Shown piece after piece: positions 58,735 through 64,000 of a stretch of 64,000 nt of DNA. The stretch lies in contig CATNEN010000037.1 in the NCBI GenBank assembly GCA_950097015.1, forward strand, positions 2,108,001-2,172,000, read 5' to 3'. Below the pieces are notes generated by a model. It did not search any database. It was not told the origin of the DNA and was given only the letters and a program-made list of their open reading frames with translations. Numbering within the stretch: the first letter of the stretch is position 1; every line of letters starts with the position of its first letter. Made by a program: the position numbers and the translations under genes. The stretch comes from Macrostomum hystrix (lineage: Eukaryota; Animalia; Platyhelminthes).

Positions 58735-60870
58735 TTAGGTTTTTGCAGCAACTGGTGGCGCACTTGTTGCTGGCGAAGCCGAGTCCTGCTTAACTGCTGG
58801 CGCACCGTCGGCATCGCCTGCCTGACGCTCCGCCTGCTCCGACGTCCGACGCGGTGGAGCGGGCCCTGGTTGCCAGGAGGCCGGTAGCATCCGACGACGA
58901 TGACGAGCAATGTGAGCGTCGAGATTGTCCACGGTGAGACTGCAGAGTGGACAGACTTCAGAATGTTTGTGATTCGCTGTTTTCTGCTGCTGCCGACATT
59001 CCGAGGCATGCGCCCAGAACTGCGCGGCATCGGGACAGAGCCGGCCGCAGGCTAGGCAGGCCAGGCCAGCGTGGCCGTTCCCAGCCGGACCAACCAGAGC
59101 CAGGCGTGCGGGCGCGTCCAGTTCAAGGCAGGCAATGGCTGCTCCACGAGCTACAGATGTCGTTGAGGCTACAGACGTCGATGGACGCTGGAGCGGCCGA
59201 TAGCCGGGCGCCATCATGCATGAAGAGCCAACCAGGGGATTGTCATTGGGCGACAGCGGAGCTGCCATGCGAGCTCGCTTCACCCGTTTGTGATTCACAG
59301 CAATGGCGGTGGCGGTGGCGTTGGCCGAGGCGGCGTTGGCCGCGGCTGCCGACGTGCGGCGGGCCGGGGCGGCCGGGTAGCGACGCTTACCCCGAGGAAG
59401 CGTCTTTCTAGCCATCTGGCGCGGCTTTGTCGGGGATGACGATGCCTGCGTCGATGGCAACAAAGCTTTGCAATCTTGAATTAGAGCCTCTTTTACCTCG
59501 GCCAGATGATTAAGCAGCTTGGCTGGCGGTGGAATCGGACGCTGATTGGAATGTGCATCGTCAATGTGCAGCTCGAGATCGTCGTTAAAAGCCGGGAAAG
59601 TCGGCTTCTGATTGCAACCGCGGCATTGGACGGCAAAGAAAGACTGTGGCTGGTATCCATTAGCAATGGTCTGGTCGCGCCACCACTGGTGGCACAGGCT
59701 CTGGCAGGTCTGGTTCGTGAAGTGCTCAAGGGCGACAGCCTGACGACTGAAAGCTTGCCGGCAAGGTAGGCAGCGGATCTTCAGCCGCAATGGACGCAGA
59801 GTCGGTGTAGGCGCGGTCAGAGGCGACTCCATGGGCTGATCTTGCACCTGCGGTGGCTGCGGCTGAGGAGAAGTTTCAGAGACCATCGCTTCGTTTTGGT
59901 CATGATTGCTAACAGCATCAGCTTCTTTGTCCGGATTTACCGATTCCGGCGCCGGAGTAATAGGAGCTTCTGACACTTCTGACAAGCCGAATCCGCGACC
60001 GTGAAGACAAAATTCGTGCATTTTGTTATGATCCAACATATCGTTGATGTCGCTGGCAAATAGATTGCAAGGCCGACAGCAGAGCGACTGGGCCGGATCT
60101 TGCAGCGCTCTGGCAATGTGCTCGGCGGTGTTAGCGTGGCTATAGAGCGAGTAAACATCATCCGTGCCAAATTTACAGAGCCTGCAAGCGTACTGGCCGG
60201 CTGGTATAGCCGCGTTTGATCTTGACGGCGATAACGGAGGCGGCGGCAGAGGTTTGCGCTTGTTTGGCCGCGACGGATTCGGAACTCGACCAACCCTGGG
60301 ATTATCAAGGAGGCAACCGCCGCTGCCTACGACTCCGCCGGAGCTAGAGGACGACACCATCATGCGAGCCCGGCTGCCACCGCCACCACAGTTGGCAGGT
60401 GGCGCATTTGAAGAATAGCGAGACGACTGCTCATTAGCATAATAAGCGTAGCGACCTCGGCTAGAATGGAAGCGGTCCTGACTGTGCGACCGTTCATCTT
60501 TGCTGCTATGCCAATACTGCTGCTGCTGTGCGGTATAATATGGCCGCTGATGCTCCGCTTTAGGCGATGTCTCAGTATCAGTGATCGCTGCTCGGCTGCC
60601 AGAATAATTTGAATCGTAAATATTCGAATAGGCGTAATCCCGCCAGCGTACGTGGCTAACACTGCCACTGCTGCCACCGCCGCCATTTGATCGATAAAAA
60701 TCTCGGTCCAGATCGCCATTAGCGTAATAGTCATCATCAAAGCGACGGCTACCGTAGGCGCGCTGATCTGGCTGCTCGCGACTATAATATTTTTGATACA
60801 TGCCACCAGAGGCTGCAGGTGGTGGCGGAGGCGAATGCCTTTGATAGCCACCGCTACGCCAGCGAGACAT
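58735..60870 (-). CDS. Multi zinc-finger protein (degenerate C2H2/U1-type) with Tyr/Ser/Arg-rich N-terminus (711 aa)
   Basis: Uninterrupted ATG-to-stop ORF; six CxxC...H/C units in pairs: CRLCKFG..HANTAEH, CRPCNLF..HNKMH, CLPCRQAF..HFTNQTC, CRGCNQK..HIDDAH, CLACGRL..HASEC, CPLCSLT..HIARH; basic segment KTLPRGKRR. No family recognised; the 3' end could be spliced. Confidence 0.78.
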   Translation of the reverse strand: MSRWRSGGYQRHSPPPPPAASGGMYQKYYSREQPDQRAYGSRRFDDDYYANGDLDRDFYRSNGGGGSSGSVSHVRWRDYAYSNIYDSNYSGSRAAITDTETSPKAEHQRPYYTAQQQQYWHSSKDERSHSQDRFHSSRGRYAYYANEQSSRYSSNAPPANCGGGGSRARMMVSSSSSGGVVGSGGCLLDNPRVGRVPNPSRPNKRKPLPPPPLSPSRSNAAIPAGQYACRLCKFGTDDVYSLYSHANTAEHIARALQDPAQSLCCRPCNLFASDINDMLDHNKMHEFCLHGRGFGLSEVSEAPITPAPESVNPDKEADAVSNHDQNEAMVSETSPQPQPPQVQDQPMESPLTAPTPTLRPLRLKIRCLPCRQAFSRQAVALEHFTNQTCQSLCHQWWRDQTIANGYQPQSFFAVQCRGCNQKPTFPAFNDDLELHIDDAHSNQRPIPPPAKLLNHLAEVKEALIQDCKALLPSTQASSSPTKPRQMARKTLPRGKRRYPAAPARRTSAAAANAASANATATAIAVNHKRVKRARMAAPLSPNDNPLVGSSCMMAPGYRPLQRPSTSVASTTSVARGAAIACLELDAPARLALVGPAGNGHAGLACLACGRLCPDAAQFWAHASECRQQQKTANHKHSEVCPLCSLTVDNLDAHIARHRRRMLPASWQPGPAPPRRTSEQAERQAGDADGAPAVKQDSASPATSAPPVAAKT

Positions 60871-61811
60871 GTCAGGAAAGCCAGTAAAAACAGAAAACAG
60901 CAGTTAAGAGCTTAGAGTAGCGTCTGCATTCCTCTGACCAGGGCTGTTTTGGTTTGTCACTGCAAAGAGCCAATAGAATATTATGGGTTATTAAAATGGA
61001 TAAAATGAGGCCAAATGAAAGTAAAAGTAAAAATGGAGAATGAAAAAGAGAAGCTTTGTTCTCAAGTGTATGAATTCCCTTATTTAGGACCATATCAGGA
61101 TTTCTCTAATAAATATATATCTAATGCAACATATACATGAAATGCTAATCATGCATTCTACTTTAATTCTGTGGGCAAATTCTGTTTTCATGTGAGACTT
61201 CAGGCATAGCTGGCATACTAGGCATAGTATCTATGAGCATATGTTGTCAAGAGTCAGTGAAATGGACAGAATATTCTTCTTGCTGGCTGCAGGTCTTGTG
61301 GTACAATATGACCTATACAATACAATACAATATTGCCAATGATTTGGCACTGCCCAGAACTTTCCTACAAATATTATTATTCTTTCAGTTCATATCAAAC
61401 ATATCAGCTCTATGTAATTTAGACTCAATAATTAAGATCAACAAAAAGCAACAAAATTCTTGTTACTGACAATGGGTCTATTGTAGGTCTAATGAAATGA
61501 TCATAACAGAGCAATATATACAAAAGCTATAGTTTTAGTATACTGTATTATTAGATATTTTTAATAGTGTCTGATCCTTAACAATTAGTACTTAAGAAAT
61601 GCAACAAATTTATACCATTTTAGAATAATAATATTAGGCCTACTTGTATATTAGTAGCAGCAAGCTGTAGTTTTTAATATAACAAGTGTTTAGCCTGTTT
61701 CCTTCAGCCTACTTTGATAAGAATAATTGATTATAGCTGCCCCAATTGGGCCAGATGTGCACCCAACAGCATAGCCGTAGCTATTGCCCAGCACATCTGA
61801 GTGCTGCATAT

Positions 61812-62449
61812 GGTAACCAGTTATTTCAACCATATGTATTTTGGCAAAAAGCCATTTCGGCCTGAAACTGTTTTGGCCACAAACCATTTCGGCCACAAAC
61901 CAGTTTGGCCCCATAATTATTTACACTTACAACGTTCTTATTGCTAATTTCTAATTTATTTAGGAGTTGTTAATTTTATTTGATTTGTTGCCAATGATGG
62001 AAAGCATGAATTTCATTTTTACAATTACAAGAATTTTAAACATATGCTTGAAGTATTTGCTCAGTTAAAAGTAAAAAAATAGAGGACTTAGTACACAAAG
62101 AATGGTAAAAAAAACATTCTGCACCAATGTGAATAGTTCAGTACTGCCAATGAGTGCTACACATTTCACATTCCATTATGAGTATTGCCAATGAGTTCAG
62201 CTGCAGAGTCTAAGAAGGCATTTACTGCTATGGAATTGAAGATGTACAGCCCTTTTAGGCTTCAACCTATTTTAAGGACTGCTTAAATGTACTGAAAATT
62301 ACAGACAATAAATTTATGTACAGACAGAACTATAATAATGTAGCATTATTATGCTCATACAGCCTTGGCCGAAATTGCTATGGCCAAAACAGCTTCTGGC
62401 CAAAGTGGCTATGGCCAAAACTGCATATGGCCGAAACGACCAGAATTCC
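61812..62449. mobile_element. MITE with ~85-bp imperfect, internally repetitive TIRs and 7-bp TSD (TGCATAT)
   Basis: Left GGTAACCAGTTATTTCAACCATATGTATTTTGGC..CATTTCGGCC mirrors right GGCCGAAAT..CATATGGCCGAAACGACCAGAATTCC; TGCATAT at 61805-61811 and 62450-62456. Confidence 0.8.
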
Positions 62450-62456
62450 TGCATAT

Positions 62457-62640
62457 AGCTGTTCAGTCCATGGACTGGGGGAATTCCACATCTACCTTCA
62501 ACTATCCCTAATGCTGGTACCTATTTAACACCTGGATGAGCTGAAGCATGCAGAGTTGAGTGTCTTGCTAAAGGAGACAATTTGTTCCACTGAAGTTCCA
62601 GCCTTTAAGTCCAATAGGCCTATCCTAACCACTAGGCTAA
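62457..62640 (-). mobile_element. Second, more decayed copy of the CORE-like SINE
   Basis: AGCTGTTCAGTCCATGGACTG..CCACATC..ACCTTCAA..ATGCTGGTACC..TTAACA..CTGG..GA.CTGAAGCA..CAGAG..AGTGTCTTGC aligns to 47644-47770. Confidence 0.78.
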
Positions 62641-64000
62641 TACCTCTTCTAGGCTACAACTTTTTCTAGCTAAAACCTCGTCTGTTGACCTCTTTTACTT
62701 TTGAATGAGGTAAATAAGGCAGTTATTACATACCAGTAATAGCCAGTACCTTATCTTTATTACTGGTAGCTATATATGTTTTGTACACCCCAGTTGTTCA
62801 GTTGTTAAGTCTTTTTTGTAAAAAAATCACAATATAAATCACAATATAATAATAGTTCGTCTTTCTATTTGAAAATTGGATCAAATAGTTTCATAGTTAA
62901 GTAGTTCAAGTTAGCCTAACTCAAACAATTGATGGAACTATTTGGAATCGCATCACGCTTCAACTAAATTTATTTTTTTTGTAAATAGAAGTTACACAGC
63001 AAAACAAATATTTCGCAATTAGATGTTTTATATCAAATTTTATATATGTATATTTTTAATACATACAAGCAGTTGCGCGTTTAGTATTAATATTTTTTTA
63101 ACTGCATAATAACGGTGTATGATTAGTATTTTGAAATTACTGTATAATCATTTTATTTCCATATTTTACTGTATTTTTATTATCTCCGATTATATTGTTA
63201 GTTTTTTGTCTACTGAACGCACTAAATGTCTAAAAAGAAGCCTTCAGAAAGGCTTCGCTCAGAGACAACAAAATATAGCAGAATTCGAGCTAGTAGTATT
63301 ATGTTATACTCTACTTTGAGTTTGATCATTATATACTGAACTGTTGCACAATTTCGTTTCACTGTTCAGTGTTAGCTATATTTGTATTACAGTTTAGCTA
63401 TTTAAAAAATTCAAGTATCTAGTAAGCTAGAGCTAGCATCTAGGCTAATTTAGTTTTATTGTGGATATGGTGTTAATCGTTTTTCTGGTTATTTACATTA
63501 CTTTGCTATATTGCTCAGTTTGCTGCATTTGCAATATAAACATTCCAAAAAGTAACAGCTCACAAAAAGGGCATTTTTAATTTAGCTAGGTAGGCATAGT
63601 ATTAGGCCTATTATTAAATCACATGGTCAGGACTATTCTGGCATCAGGCTAGTCCTACACACTACTGACTCAAAGAAGGGAATTTTGTAAATTCCAAAGC
63701 TCAAAGCTGTGGCAAAACAATTTTGTAGGAAATCATTATTTCCATCTGAATATTGAGATAAGTAAAGACAGAATAATTTTTATAGGCCTAGGCCTAATAT
63801 AATGGAAACATGTACAAAATTGAATGTCTATAATTTCAATGGCACTACAATTGTAATTTTGTTTTAGGTCTAAAAATAGTTATGTCAAGCTTAAAATACC
63901 ATAGTCTGGATCATGTAGTGCATGCTGGAATTTTCTGGCGTGTATTTGTTTTCAGCTGGCATGCGTGGCGTGCATTGGTATATATTTTAAGGGTTAGTGT

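Noticed and set aside
63119-63319. Small AT-rich ORFs in 55700-56740 and 60900-64000
   Set aside because: Short, mostly non-ATG starts, low-complexity composition and no motifs.

Overview
Eukaryotic (metazoan) genomic DNA, not prokaryotic: spliced GT-AG genes with GC-rich exons, AT-rich introns and very high minisatellite density. This is consistent with the flatworm Macrostomum lignano (inference from style only). Six protein-coding genes were hand-spliced with matching intron phases: an Lmx1-class LIM-homeobox gene (-), a 14-exon kainate/AMPA-type ionotropic glutamate receptor subunit (+), a 12-exon SDS22-like LRR protein (+), a B-box-like/coiled-coil/NHL-like protein (-), Hillarin (LIM + inactive transglutaminase-like; +) and a one-ORF degenerate multi-zinc-finger protein (-). 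A very young full-length Ty3/Gypsy LTR retrotransposon (CsRn1-like, 224-bp LTRs, 1 mismatch, ACTT TSD) sits inside a quasi-palindromic 17-bp array in an intron of the NHL gene. There are also tRNA-derived CORE-like SINEs, two MITE-like elements and about 25 tandem arrays. Most long ORFs in the supplied track are translations of these arrays. Best leads: (1) the iGluR has substitutions at conserved agonist-pocket positions; (2) an AP-1/5'-splice-site motif array lies between divergently transcribed Lmx1 and iGluR; (3) G-rich arrays repeatedly start just after 5' splice sites; (4) one minisatellite appears to be seeded from a SINE-tail-associated sequence; (5) the retroelement has a non-canonical -1 frameshift signal and a nonsense codon in integrase. 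No CRISPR, rRNA or intact tRNA gene is supported. Array boundaries are approximate and all alignments were done by eye.
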